Positions 19,563-27,345 of a stretch of DNA of 64,000 nt are shown here, piece by piece; the first letter of the stretch is position 1, and every line of letters starts with the position of its first letter. Source of the DNA: Brevundimonas sp. (GTDB lineage Bacteria > Pseudomonadota > Alphaproteobacteria > Caulobacterales > Caulobacteraceae); contig NZ_JAVXCU010000004.1 in NCBI RefSeq assembly GCF_036659295.1, positions 16,149 to 80,148 of the forward strand, given 5' to 3'. Position numbers and translations under genes: made by a program. The notes beneath the pieces were generated by a model. The model did no database searches, was not told the origin of the DNA, and was given only the letters and a program-made list of their open reading frames with translations.

Positions 19563-19803
19563 TCCACACTAGGCTTGAGGATTAGGAACGGCACTTGCTG
19601 ATGCAGAGTGCAGCGAGGCCATGATCGCGTCGTGAATGCAGGTGGAGCAAAGCATTAGGGGGGGGCTGCCTTCCTCCTTTTCACCCACCTTTTGTGGCGC
19701 GACCACACCCGAATGCGGGTGAAAACACGCACACGAAAATCCTGTCTAGCATAAGGGCTGCGGGGTTTTCAGGGAACAGCTATGATCTGGGACGAACAGG
19801 CTC

Positions 19804-19819
19804 GTGGCGGACAGAGAGG
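19804..19819 (+). repeat. attL-like direct repeat (duplicated tRNA-Ser 3' end)
   Basis: Exact 16-bp match to 23621-23636. Confidence 0.85.
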
Positions 19820-19938
19820 CTGCCGTACCCCTGTCCTAGAGTGTCTGGCTCTGTGCTTTAATGGCATTGATTTTAAAGCAAATTTCAATTTATCCGTACC
19901 AGCGTGTCCTAAATCGTCCCCTGTAATCTTGGCTCAAA

Positions 19939-19962
19939 GTAGGTACTGAAGTAGGTACTGAA
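19939..19962 (+). repeat. Tandem 12-mers GTAGGTACTGAA x2 (candidate arm-type integrase sites)
   Basis: Two perfect adjacent copies lie 43 bp upstream of the int ATG. Related GGGTACTGAA and GGGTACT-CA-CTGAA occur at the other element end. Confidence 0.5.
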
Positions 19963-20004
19963 AGGCGGGCCATGCTTTCGGCTCTTGCCTTTAAGGGACC
20001 GAAT

Positions 20005-21213
20005 ATGGCGCGTGCGATTAACAAGCTGTCTGCCCGCGAGGTGGCGACGCTGAAGGCAGTAGGGCGCTATAGCGACGGCGGCGGGCTGTATCTGGTCATT
20101 GCGAAGGATGGCGGGCGCAAATGGGTGTTCCGGTTTACTTTGCGCGGGCGCTCGACGGATATGGGCTTGGGGGCGGTCCTGAATGTGCCGTTGGCAAAGG
20201 CACGACAAAGGGCGGCTGAAGCCCGCGCCCTATTGGCGGACGGCAAAAACCCTATCTCTGAAAGGCGCGCGCAAAATGCCGTTCCTTCATTTGGGGAGAT
20301 GGCTGACAGGGTAGTCGCTGATATGGCTCCGCAATGGCGTAACGAAAAGCACGCGGCTCAATGGCAAGCGACGCTAGAGCGGGATGCGGCCAAGCTGCGG
20401 CCTGTCCTTGTGAGTGAGGTCCAGACGGCGGACGTTTTAAGGGTGCTAAAGCCTATTTGGCTGGAGAAGCCGGAAACAGCTTCGCGCGTTCGTGGCCGTA
20501 TTGAGCGGGTTTTGGATGCGGCCAAGGCCAAGGGATACCGTACAGGCGAGAATCCGGCTCGCTGGCGTGGTCATTTGGATCATCTGTTACCCAAGCGCCA
20601 GAAGCTAACGCGGGGGCACCATGCGGCCATGACCTTTGAAAAGGTGCCTGACTTCATCGCAGACTTGCGGACACGCGATGCGGTGGCGGCTATGGCCTTG
20701 GAATTCACCATTCTGACCGCTGCCCGCTCTGGCGAGGTGCGTGGCGCTACATGGGGCGAGATTGACCTAGAGGCGAAGGTTTGGACGGTTCCGGCTGTTC
20801 GTATGAAGGCAGGGCGTGACCACCGTGTGCCGCTGACTGACAGGGCCGTGCAGATATTGAAACAAGCGGCTCCCCTATCGACAGGCGAGGCGGGGGCGGT
20901 GGTGTTTCCGGGGGTGCAATCTGGAAAGGCTTTGTCGGATGCGGCCTTTAGCGCCCTGCTGAAGCGTATGGGCTATGCGGCGGGCGAGATAACCCCGCAT
21001 GGCTTCCGTTCAAGCTTCAGGGACTGGGCAGGCGAGGTTTCATCATTCCCGCGTGAGTTGGCGGAGGCGGCTTTGGCTCATGTGGTCGGAGATGAAACTG
21101 AAAGGGCCTATCGACGCGGTGACGCGCTAGAGAAACGTCGGGCGATGATGGAAGCGTGGGGCAGGTACTGCGAGCCTGAGAAAGCCGAATCTGTTGTGGT
21201 GCGGTTGAGATGA
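20005..21213 (+). CDS. int: Tyrosine integrase, P4/DUF4102-arm type
   Basis: Track ORF trimmed to ATG 20005 (MARAINKLSAREVATLK...GGLYLVIAKDGGRKWVFRF). The catalytic region has ARSGEVRGATW, HGFRSSFRDW and ERAYRR. Confidence 0.9.
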   Translation: MARAINKLSAREVATLKAVGRYSDGGGLYLVIAKDGGRKWVFRFTLRGRSTDMGLGAVLNVPLAKARQRAAEARALLADGKNPISERRAQNAVPSFGEMADRVVADMAPQWRNEKHAAQWQATLERDAAKLRPVLVSEVQTADVLRVLKPIWLEKPETASRVRGRIERVLDAAKAKGYRTGENPARWRGHLDHLLPKRQKLTRGHHAAMTFEKVPDFIADLRTRDAVAAMALEFTILTAARSGEVRGATWGEIDLEAKVWTVPAVRMKAGRDHRVPLTDRAVQILKQAAPLSTGEAGAVVFPGVQSGKALSDAAFSALLKRMGYAAGEITPHGFRSSFRDWAGEVSSFPRELAEAALAHVVGDETERAYRRGDALEKRRAMMEAWGRYCEPEKAESVVVRLR

Positions 21214-21522
21214 TTTGTTGGGCGTTCTGGACGATTCGAGGGGTCAATCTTGCCCAAAAGAGGTATAGCTAAGCTTATGGTCAAGCATTTGTAAACGCTG
21301 CCATAAATCTATTATACAAGCAGAACGTATGAAGAACTCTCTGCTTTTCAAATGCTTGCGTTTTGCAACCAAAATAAGTGCAAATCCGCATCGCGAGAGG
21401 GCTTTTACATAATGGTCAAGGCTATATTGTACGGGGGTGTCCAGAAGAACGTGGATGCACATCTTCAATGAGCCAATGAAAGCTTAACCTTGAATACGAA
21501 CCCAACGTACGAAAACAACTGT

Positions 21523-21723
21523 ATGGGCAGCCCTGTGCTTAAGCCTGCGGCTTTGCGCGTGGATGATGCTGCTAAGTATGCAGGAATATCTCGCTCTAAG
21601 CTTTATGCCCTTATCAAGAGCGGCGAAGTAGCATCGCTTTTAGTGGGTGGCCGTCGCCTTCTGCGTCGTGAAACTTTGGAAACGTACTTGCTGACGCAAG
21701 AGCAGCGTTCGACGGAGGCTTGA
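21523..21723 (+). CDS. Excisionase/AlpA-like HTH_17 DNA-binding protein
   Basis: AAKYAGISRSKLYALIKSGEVASLLVGGRRLLRRETLETYL is the MerR-like excisionase fold signature. The start is ATG 21523 or the track's TTG 21490. Confidence 0.7.
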   Translation: MGSPVLKPAALRVDDAAKYAGISRSKLYALIKSGEVASLLVGGRRLLRRETLETYLLTQEQRSTEA

Positions 21724-21725
21724 AG

Positions 21726-22127
21726 ATGAAGCCTCAAAACGGACCCGAAAACGAGAAGGGCCTCACCACCGCTGCAACGGTGAATGAGGCCCAATTGATT
21801 GCTTTCCTTGGTGGCAAGCATCCTTCCCCTAACATGCTGGCACACCCAGTAAAGCCATTTTTGATAATTCGCCTTGGCGGGTTTGACGTGGTGATTAAAG
21901 GGCGCGCGGCTCAAACACTGGCCCTGCTAATCCAGAAAGGGCCTGCGGGCTTCACGTCTGGCGAGGCTTCGCCTTTGGGCTGGGCGCGGCGCACATCGGC
22001 TTACATCAAACAGTTGCGAGACTTGGGCATACAAATCCTGACCCAGTTCGAGCGCGCGGGTGATGCCCTTGTGGGGCGTTACATCCTTGTGAGTCCGGTA
22101 GTGGTGATAAAGGAGGGGGCGAAATGA
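21726..22127 (+). CDS. HTH_39-like winged-helix protein
   Basis: RAAQTLALLIQKGPAGFTSGEA...RTSAYIKQLRDLGIQILT...GRYILV matches the pattern of island-borne HTH_39 proteins. The upstream stop overlaps the start region. Confidence 0.5.
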   Translation: MKPQNGPENEKGLTTAATVNEAQLIAFLGGKHPSPNMLAHPVKPFLIIRLGGFDVVIKGRAAQTLALLIQKGPAGFTSGEASPLGWARRTSAYIKQLRDLGIQILTQFERAGDALVGRYILVSPVVVIKEGAK

Positions 22128-22504
22128 GCCTGCCTCCTAAATTGCCGCCGCGCGCGCGCGCGCGTACTGCACCCGAAACTATGCGGCAGGGAGGCAAGCT
22201 TGCCATCGCGCGCGCGAGTGATGATGCGACAAAGCGCGCGTGCGCGCGTGAAGGGTTTCCCCTAAGTGCCTATGTGGTGCCCTTGGCTGATGCGGGTGAG
22301 TGTCGTTTGACCCTTTCGGCCAACGGGCAGGCGTTCAGTGTCGATATACGGCAGTTGGGCGGTGGTGGTGCTTCTCTGGCGCATGGATTGCCCCGCAAGG
22401 GCGTTACCTTGCCTGTAGAGGCTCTTCCTGACTTGGCTAAGGCCGCGACCCAGATGGCGCTTCAGGCGGCCTCTATGGGCTTGCTAGACGGCAAGGCGGG
22501 CTAG
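22124..22504 (+). CDS. Hypothetical protein (element cargo)
   Basis: 126-aa ORF with an ATGA overlap to the upstream gene. I recognise no family. Confidence 0.4.
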   Translation: MSLPPKLPPRARARTAPETMRQGGKLAIARASDDATKRACAREGFPLSAYVVPLADAGECRLTLSANGQAFSVDIRQLGGGGASLAHGLPRKGVTLPVEALPDLAKAATQMALQAASMGLLDGKAG

Positions 22505-22826
22505 GGCGGCGCAAGTCGGTTGTAAGTGGTGCGGAGGCTCTGGGCAGACTGGGGCCTCCGCATTGCGTTTACGGGCTGTCTGTCCGTGTTTCTGAAAGCA
22601 ATGAAGAGGGCTGTTAACGCGCGATGCAAATGGCTGTGATGCCTGTCCCGTCAGTCGTTAGTGCCTTTGAGGGCTTGGGGTCTAACTTATCAATGTTCAC
22701 AATCCACCACCGTCCCAAAGCATCCCGCTTTGAAACCTGCGGGAAATTCGGGTTTTTGGGAGGGCGTTTTGAGTCTGAAATACCGAATAGCCCTTTGAAT
22801 TCCCTTGGAAATGGGGATTTGCGGCC

Positions 22827-23510
22827 ATGAGCGATAATTCGCCGCGCATATATATAGGTGCGGGCTTATACGCTCCTTCCGGCAGAGGGGGAGGTAGAAA
22901 CAGGGCAAATCGTATCACTGACGGGCTGTCAGAAAGCCAAGTTGCAGGGTTGATAGAGGCGACGCATTTCGCGGTTGCCGTGGGTATGCCCTTTAACCGC
23001 TTCACCACTATTCACTGGGGCGCGGCAGGTGTCAGTGAGCCTATGGTGGCGACCTCGCTGCTGCTGAAGGGCATGGGTGAGGCGGTCAGGCGGTCAGGTA
23101 GCGAGTTTGCCTGTATTTGGGCGCGCGAGAATGGAGACGGCAAAGGAGAGCATTTGCATATTCTTTGGCATGGCCCTGCTGATTTCCCTGCGCTGCGCTC
23201 TGAATTTTCCCGCACGTTAAAGGCGTGTGGCGCGGCAAGGCTTAAAGGGGTGCGTGAAACGCTGAGTATCGCTCGCCATTTGTTAGCGGCTTCTAACGGT
23301 AGTGCAGTGTACCAGATCAATCTGGATGGTGTTCTGGATTATGTTTTGAAGGGCGCGGATAAAATCGCGCGAGCAACGCATGGTGTTAAGCGCGAAGAAT
23401 TCGGAGGGCGCGTCGTTGGCAAGCGGTGTGGAACGACGAACAATATAGGCCGCGAGGCGAGGCGGCGTTATGGGCTATCAGGCGGGCAAGGGGCCGATAA
23501 AGCGGGCTGA
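22827..23510 (+). CDS. HUH-endonuclease/Rep-like protein (YagK/YfjJ / Inovirus Gp2-like pattern)
   Basis: 227 aa. Three ordered motifs are present: FTTIHW (res 59-64), CIWARENGDGKGEHLHILWH (HUH at 109-111) and YVLK (172-175). Confidence 0.45.
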   Translation: MSDNSPRIYIGAGLYAPSGRGGGRNRANRITDGLSESQVAGLIEATHFAVAVGMPFNRFTTIHWGAAGVSEPMVATSLLLKGMGEAVRRSGSEFACIWARENGDGKGEHLHILWHGPADFPALRSEFSRTLKACGAARLKGVRETLSIARHLLAASNGSAVYQINLDGVLDYVLKGADKIARATHGVKREEFGGRVVGKRCGTTNNIGREARRRYGLSGGQGADKAG

Positions 23511-23546
23511 AATAGGCGCGGGCCATTGAATGGCGCGACAGGCAAA

Positions 23547-23574
23547 GTGGGTACTGAAAAGGGTACTCACTGAA
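23547..23574 (+). repeat. GTGGGTACTGAA and GGGTACTCACTGAA repeats near attR (candidate arm-type sites)
   Basis: Same orientation and same core (GGTACT..CTGAA) as the 19939-19962 repeats. Confidence 0.45.
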
Positions 23575-23621
23575 ATGTTTGATAAATAATCAAACAAATT
23601 CAATCATTTATAATGGAAGTG

Positions 23622-23711
23622 TGGCGGACAGAGAGGGATTCGAACCCTCGGTACGCTTTCACGTACACACGCTTTCCAAGCGTGCGCGATCGACCACTCC
23701 GCCACCTGTCC
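23622..23711 (-). tRNA. tRNA-Ser (anticodon GGA)
   Basis: The reverse complement folds as GGACAGG acceptor, anticodon arm CACGC-TTGGAAA-GCGTG, a long variable arm, T-arm GAGGG-TTCGAAT-CCCTC and an encoded 3' GCCA. Confidence 0.9.
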
Positions 23712-23857
23712 GTTCCACGAGCTTGTCGTGCGCCCGCTGGATGGTCTATCCGGCGGAGGCGTGGCTGATAGAACAGCATGAGCCTCTCGGCAAGGGATGT
23801 ATGTGTTCCTATATGGGTTTATGTTGAATTTAGTCCCGTTTTTGCGAGAATTTATCG

Positions 23858-24514
23858 ATGTTGACCAAAAAGACCGACGAGCTAGTGACCGCAGAGACGG
23901 CTTTGCCGGGGCGCGACACGCCTTTGCAGACGGATGAAACGCATTTTGTGCTCGCAAATGCCCTGAAAGGTCCGCATCCGCAGGGATTCGAATCGGCCAT
24001 CTTTGGCATGGGCTGTTTTTGGGGTGTGGAGCGCGTGTTCTGGCAGTTGCCGGGCGTGTGGGTGACTTCGGCCGGTTATGCGGGCGGGTTCACGCCCAAC
24101 CCGACCTATGAAGAGGTCTGCTCGGGCCGCACCGGCCATAACGAGGTGGTGCAGGTGGTGTTTGATCCCGCCAAGATCACCTATGGCGAACTGTTGAAGG
24201 TGTTCTGGGAAAACCATGACCCGACGCAGGGCATGCGTCAGGGCAATGATATCGGCACCCAGTACCGCTCGGCTATCTATTATGCCGACGAGGCCCAGCG
24301 TGACGCTGCGCTGGCGTCCAAGGCGGCCTATCAGGCGGCACTGAATGAATCGGGCCGTGGCGAGATCACCACCGAGATTCTGGAAGCGCCCGCCTATTAT
24401 TATGCCGAGGACTATCATCAGGGCTATCTGGCCAAGAACCCTGCCGGTTATTGCGGCATTGGCGGCACCGGCGTGGTTTGCCCGATCGGCCTCGGCGTTC
24501 AGGTGCAGGCCTAA
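23858..24514 (+). CDS. msrA: Peptide-methionine (S)-S-oxide reductase
   Basis: 218 aa. [24 protein letters not shown] and [10 protein letters not shown] are MsrA hallmarks. Confidence 0.92.
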   Translation: MLTKKTDELVTAETALPGRDTPLQTDETHFVLANALKGPHPQGFESAIFGMGCFWGVERVFWQLPGVWVTSAGYAGGFTPNPTYEEVCSGRTGHNEVVQVVFDPAKITYGELLKVFWENHDPTQGMRQGNDIGTQYRSAIYYADEAQRDAALASKAAYQAALNESGRGEITTEILEAPAYYYAEDYHQGYLAKNPAGYCGIGGTGVVCPIGLGVQVQA

Positions 24515-24855
24515 TGCAACACGGACAGGTCGAAACCTTTTGTCTGTCGCTAAAAGGGGTGAGCGTTGAGCGTCCCTTTGGTCCCGACAGCCAGACCTTC
24601 AAGGTCGGCGGCAAGATATTCGCTATACTTGGCGACGATGGCGGCCTGTCCATCAAGCTGTCCGAAGTGGCCTATGAGGCGCTAACGGAACTGGGCGTCA
24701 TGCGCCGTGCGCCCTACCTGCCGCGCGGGGGGTGGGCCTATAGCGAGGCGGTGGCGGGCTGGGACGATCAGGAACTATCGGACCTGATCGCCCGCTCGCA
24801 CGAACTGGTGGCGGCGGGCCTGACGAAAAAGGCCCGTCTGGAGCTAGGCCTCTAG
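24514..24855 (+). CDS. MmcQ/YjbR family protein
   Basis: Start ATG 24514 overlaps the msrA stop (TAATG). It reads [39 protein letters not shown]. Confidence 0.7.
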   Translation: MQHGQVETFCLSLKGVSVERPFGPDSQTFKVGGKIFAILGDDGGLSIKLSEVAYEALTELGVMRRAPYLPRGGWAYSEAVAGWDDQELSDLIARSHELVAAGLTKKARLELGL

Positions 24856-25217
24856 GCGCTTTGGCGCGAACGCAGCCACAGATAGGCGATGCCCAAAGGC
24901 GCGATGAAGATCGAGAAGCACCACAGCGCATAGTTCACGACCAGCTTGAGCGGCAGCACAAAGATGATGGGCAGGTAGAACACATTACCGCCCATCATCA
25001 CGCGCTTGATCTCGTCCCAGACCAGCTTGGAAAACGGGAACAGCAACGCCCCGATCCCAAACACCAGCAGGGTCGCAATCTTGTCCCCCGTCAACGGCTG
25101 GCCCTTGGCCATATAGCTGACGAACCAGACCATAAACGCCATGAAGGCTGCGCTGATCACATAGGCGCGGATGAGGTAGGTCGGCTGTAACGCGCCGAAA
25201 ATACGCTTTAAAAACAT
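24852..25217 (-). CDS. Hypothetical 4-TM membrane protein
   Basis: 121-aa hydrophobic ORF, convergent with and overlapping the mmcQ end by 4 nt. Confidence 0.45.
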   Translation of the reverse strand: MFLKRIFGALQPTYLIRAYVISAAFMAFMVWFVSYMAKGQPLTGDKIATLLVFGIGALLFPFSKLVWDEIKRVMMGGNVFYLPIIFVLPLKLVVNYALWCFSIFIAPLGIAYLWLRSRQSA

Positions 25218-25253
25218 AACTGTCCGAGGGTCTGGCTGGGCTGTGGCCCTGTC

Positions 25254-25811
25254 TTAGCGACAGGCGGCCAGGAAGTCTTGCCCTTGCGTCTTGGTGGCGG
25301 TTTGGGGCGACAGGCCGGCCCAGCTGCCTTCATGGGCAATGACCAGCCATCCCAGCTTGGCAAAACTGAGCAGCACAGGATCGCTGGGCGTGGTCTGGGC
25401 GTGCAGCAGATAGCCGTCGAACATTTCCGCTGCTTCCTGACGGGCCCCATAGGTCTGGCTGGCCTCGCTGGTGCCAAGGGTAATGGTCTTGAGCTTGGCG
25501 TCGAGGCTGGGGGTCGTCATCTGGATTTGGCCCGATCCGGGGCGGCAGCTGAGACCAAACGGGATGTCGTCCGAATTGGCCACGCCATAGGCCAGTTGCA
25601 CCGTCTGCGGCTGGCGTTCGAAATGCCAGTCATAGTCATCCTGCGGGGCAGGGGCGGCTGCGGGCAGGGCCATGTTCGGGGCCGTGGTCGATGGCAGGCT
25701 GGCACAGGCGGCTAGCAGGACCAGACCGGCACAGGCCCCCAATGCGGGTAGGCGATGGGCAGGCAGGCGAGGAACAGCAAAAATCTGGCGCATCATAATG
25801 AAAATACTCAT
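25254..25811 (-). CDS. Hypothetical lipoprotein/periplasmic protein (paralog A)
   Basis: Track ORF trimmed to ATG 25811. It has the signal/lipobox-like LLAACAS, shares C-x-P-x-SGQ and a C-terminal AC motif with the next gene. Confidence 0.5.
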   Translation of the reverse strand: MSIFIMMRQIFAVPRLPAHRLPALGACAGLVLLAACASLPSTTAPNMALPAAAPAPQDDYDWHFERQPQTVQLAYGVANSDDIPFGLSCRPGSGQIQMTTPSLDAKLKTITLGTSEASQTYGARQEAAEMFDGYLLHAQTTPSDPVLLSFAKLGWLVIAHEGSWAGLSPQTATKTQGQDFLAACR

Positions 25812-25848
25812 TTGAAAAGGGTTATGGCGGGTTGTCATGCCCGCATCT

Positions 25849-26406
25849 CTATCCGGCACAGGCGCGGGCAAAACGGCGCAGCAGAGGCAGGTGCTGTGGC
25901 CCGACGCTAACGGTCTTGACCTGTTCCTCGCGCGAGAATTTCATCTCGCCATTGTTCACAAAGGCCATGAATACCGGATGGTCGGCGGGCAGGGATGTGG
26001 ACAGGCGCAAACGCACGGTCTGCATTTCGCCCGTGGCCGTGTGCGGGCCAGAACGCAAGATCACCGGACCATTGCCCAGATCAGCCGCATCATACAGCGA
26101 CAAGCGCACCTGCCCGCTGCGGGGTTCGCATTCCAGCGTGGTTTTTAACTGTGGCGTGTCGGGGATTTCCTGCGCCAGCACGACAGGCTCGCCATCGGCA
26201 TACAGGGTCCAGACCCATGGCGCGCCGACTGTAACGGTCGCGGGTCTGGCATCCTGTCGTGCGGGGGAAGGGGGGTTCTGGGCATGTGCCGCAGAGGCGA
26301 GGCCCAATATCAACAGGCCCGGCATCAATGGGCCCGCCATCATATTCAGGACGGTGACAGGTTTGCGCTGTCGGTGTCCCGTTTGTCGTCTCCGGTCGTG
26401 CGTCAT
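25849..26406 (-). CDS. Hypothetical periplasmic protein (paralog B)
   Basis: Track ORF 25849..26466. The likely start is ATG 26406 or 26343, ahead of the signal peptide MMAGPLMPGLLILGLASAAHA. Confidence 0.5.
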   Translation of the reverse strand: MTHDRRRQTGHRQRKPVTVLNMMAGPLMPGLLILGLASAAHAQNPPSPARQDARPATVTVGAPWVWTLYADGEPVVLAQEIPDTPQLKTTLECEPRSGQVRLSLYDAADLGNGPVILRSGPHTATGEMQTVRLRLSTSLPADHPVFMAFVNNGEMKFSREEQVKTVSVGPQHLPLLRRFARACAG

Positions 26407-26608
26407 GCTCGCTCCGTTTGACTGTGCAAGAGGCTGATCCTGACGCATCAGCGGCCTGTTTGGCAACTATGGCCGCTCAAGGGCGGGGGTGAAACGCGGG
26501 TGCGGCAAAAAATGCCGGTATCTTTCAGGCACGACAAAGGGCGGCAAGTTTGACCTGGCTTGCCGCCACAGATGCCGATTTTTGCCGCGCCGGAGGGCGC
26601 GCAGCCGA

Positions 26609-27334
26609 TCAGAACGGGCTGAAACGCTCCACCAGTGACTGGGCCGCAGGCGTGGACTGCATGCGGCTGATATCGCCCCGGCCAGCATACGAGATGCGCG
26701 CCTCGGCGATCTGGGTGTGGGCAATGGTATTGGCGCTGGAAATATCCTCGGGGCGGACGATGCCTGCGACGGTCAGTTCGCGCACCTCGCGGTTGGTGCG
26801 AACCTCCTGTCGGCCCTGAATGACAAGGTTTCCATTGGGCATGACGGCGGTGATGATGGCCGCCACCGTCAGATTGACGCGCTCGGAACGGTTCACACTG
26901 CCCGACCCATTGGCCGAAACCTCGCCCTCGGTGCCGATCATATTGGCTGGATCAAAGCCACCGGGAAACAGTTTGCCAAGGCTGCTTTCGAAGCCGAAGA
27001 AGTTGCTGACCCCGCCAGAGGCGCTGTTGGTGCGCTGGCGATTGGTGGTGTTCTGGGTCTGGGCGCGGTCATTGATGTCGATATTGACGGTCAGGATGTC
27101 GCCGACACGACGCGCGCGCTGGTCACCAAAGAAGGAGCGCGCCCCTGTGCGCCACAGGCTGTTGGCGCTGGCGGGGGTGGGTTCCGGCAGATAGGCCTGC
27201 TGGGCAGGAACCAGTGCCGACGGATAGACCATCGGGGCCAGTTCGGGGCCTTTGACAGCCTCTAAAGCGGTCGAGCAGGCAGCGAGAGGCAGGCAGGCGG
27301 CGGCGAGGATCAGAATCTTGCGCATGGTCATCAC
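26609..27334 (-). CDS. flgH: Flagellar L-ring lipoprotein
   Basis: 241 aa with the lipobox LAAC. VGDILTVNIDINDRA...ANGSGSVNRSERVNLTVAA...VIQGRQEVRTNREVREL is typical FlgH. Confidence 0.92.
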   Translation of the reverse strand: MMTMRKILILAAACLPLAACSTALEAVKGPELAPMVYPSALVPAQQAYLPEPTPASANSLWRTGARSFFGDQRARRVGDILTVNIDINDRAQTQNTTNRQRTNSASGGVSNFFGFESSLGKLFPGGFDPANMIGTEGEVSANGSGSVNRSERVNLTVAAIITAVMPNGNLVIQGRQEVRTNREVRELTVAGIVRPEDISSANTIAHTQIAEARISYAGRGDISRMQSTPAAQSLVERFSPF

Positions 27335-27345
27335 GTCTTTCTGGC

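Larger units (their letters stand above)
19804..23636 (+). mobile_element. Integrative element of about 3.8 kb inserted at the 3' end of tRNA-Ser(GGA)
   Basis: The 16-bp direct repeat GTGGCGGACAGAGAGG occurs at 19804-19819 and 23621-23636, and the second copy is the tRNA 3' end. The element carries int and xis genes. It looks lower in GC than its flanks and contains an AT-rich stretch. Confidence 0.85.

Noticed and set aside
21244-21468. 74-aa minus-strand ORF in the int-xis intergenic region.
   Set aside because: It has no RBS, no recognisable fold and an AT-rich composition, consistent with a chance ORF in a regulatory region. It is mentioned only inside a finding.
22149-22162. (CG)7 alternating tract, with further CGCGCG runs to about 22250.
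   Set aside because: It lies inside a coding region, where it encodes RARAR. It is probably a codon-composition effect rather than a functional Z-DNA or phase-variation element.
23604-23957. 117-aa ORF overlapping tRNA-Ser. The 62-aa ORF at 34883..35071, overlapping tRNA-Leu, is a similar case.
   Set aside because: Both overlap well-folded tRNA genes, so they are spurious.
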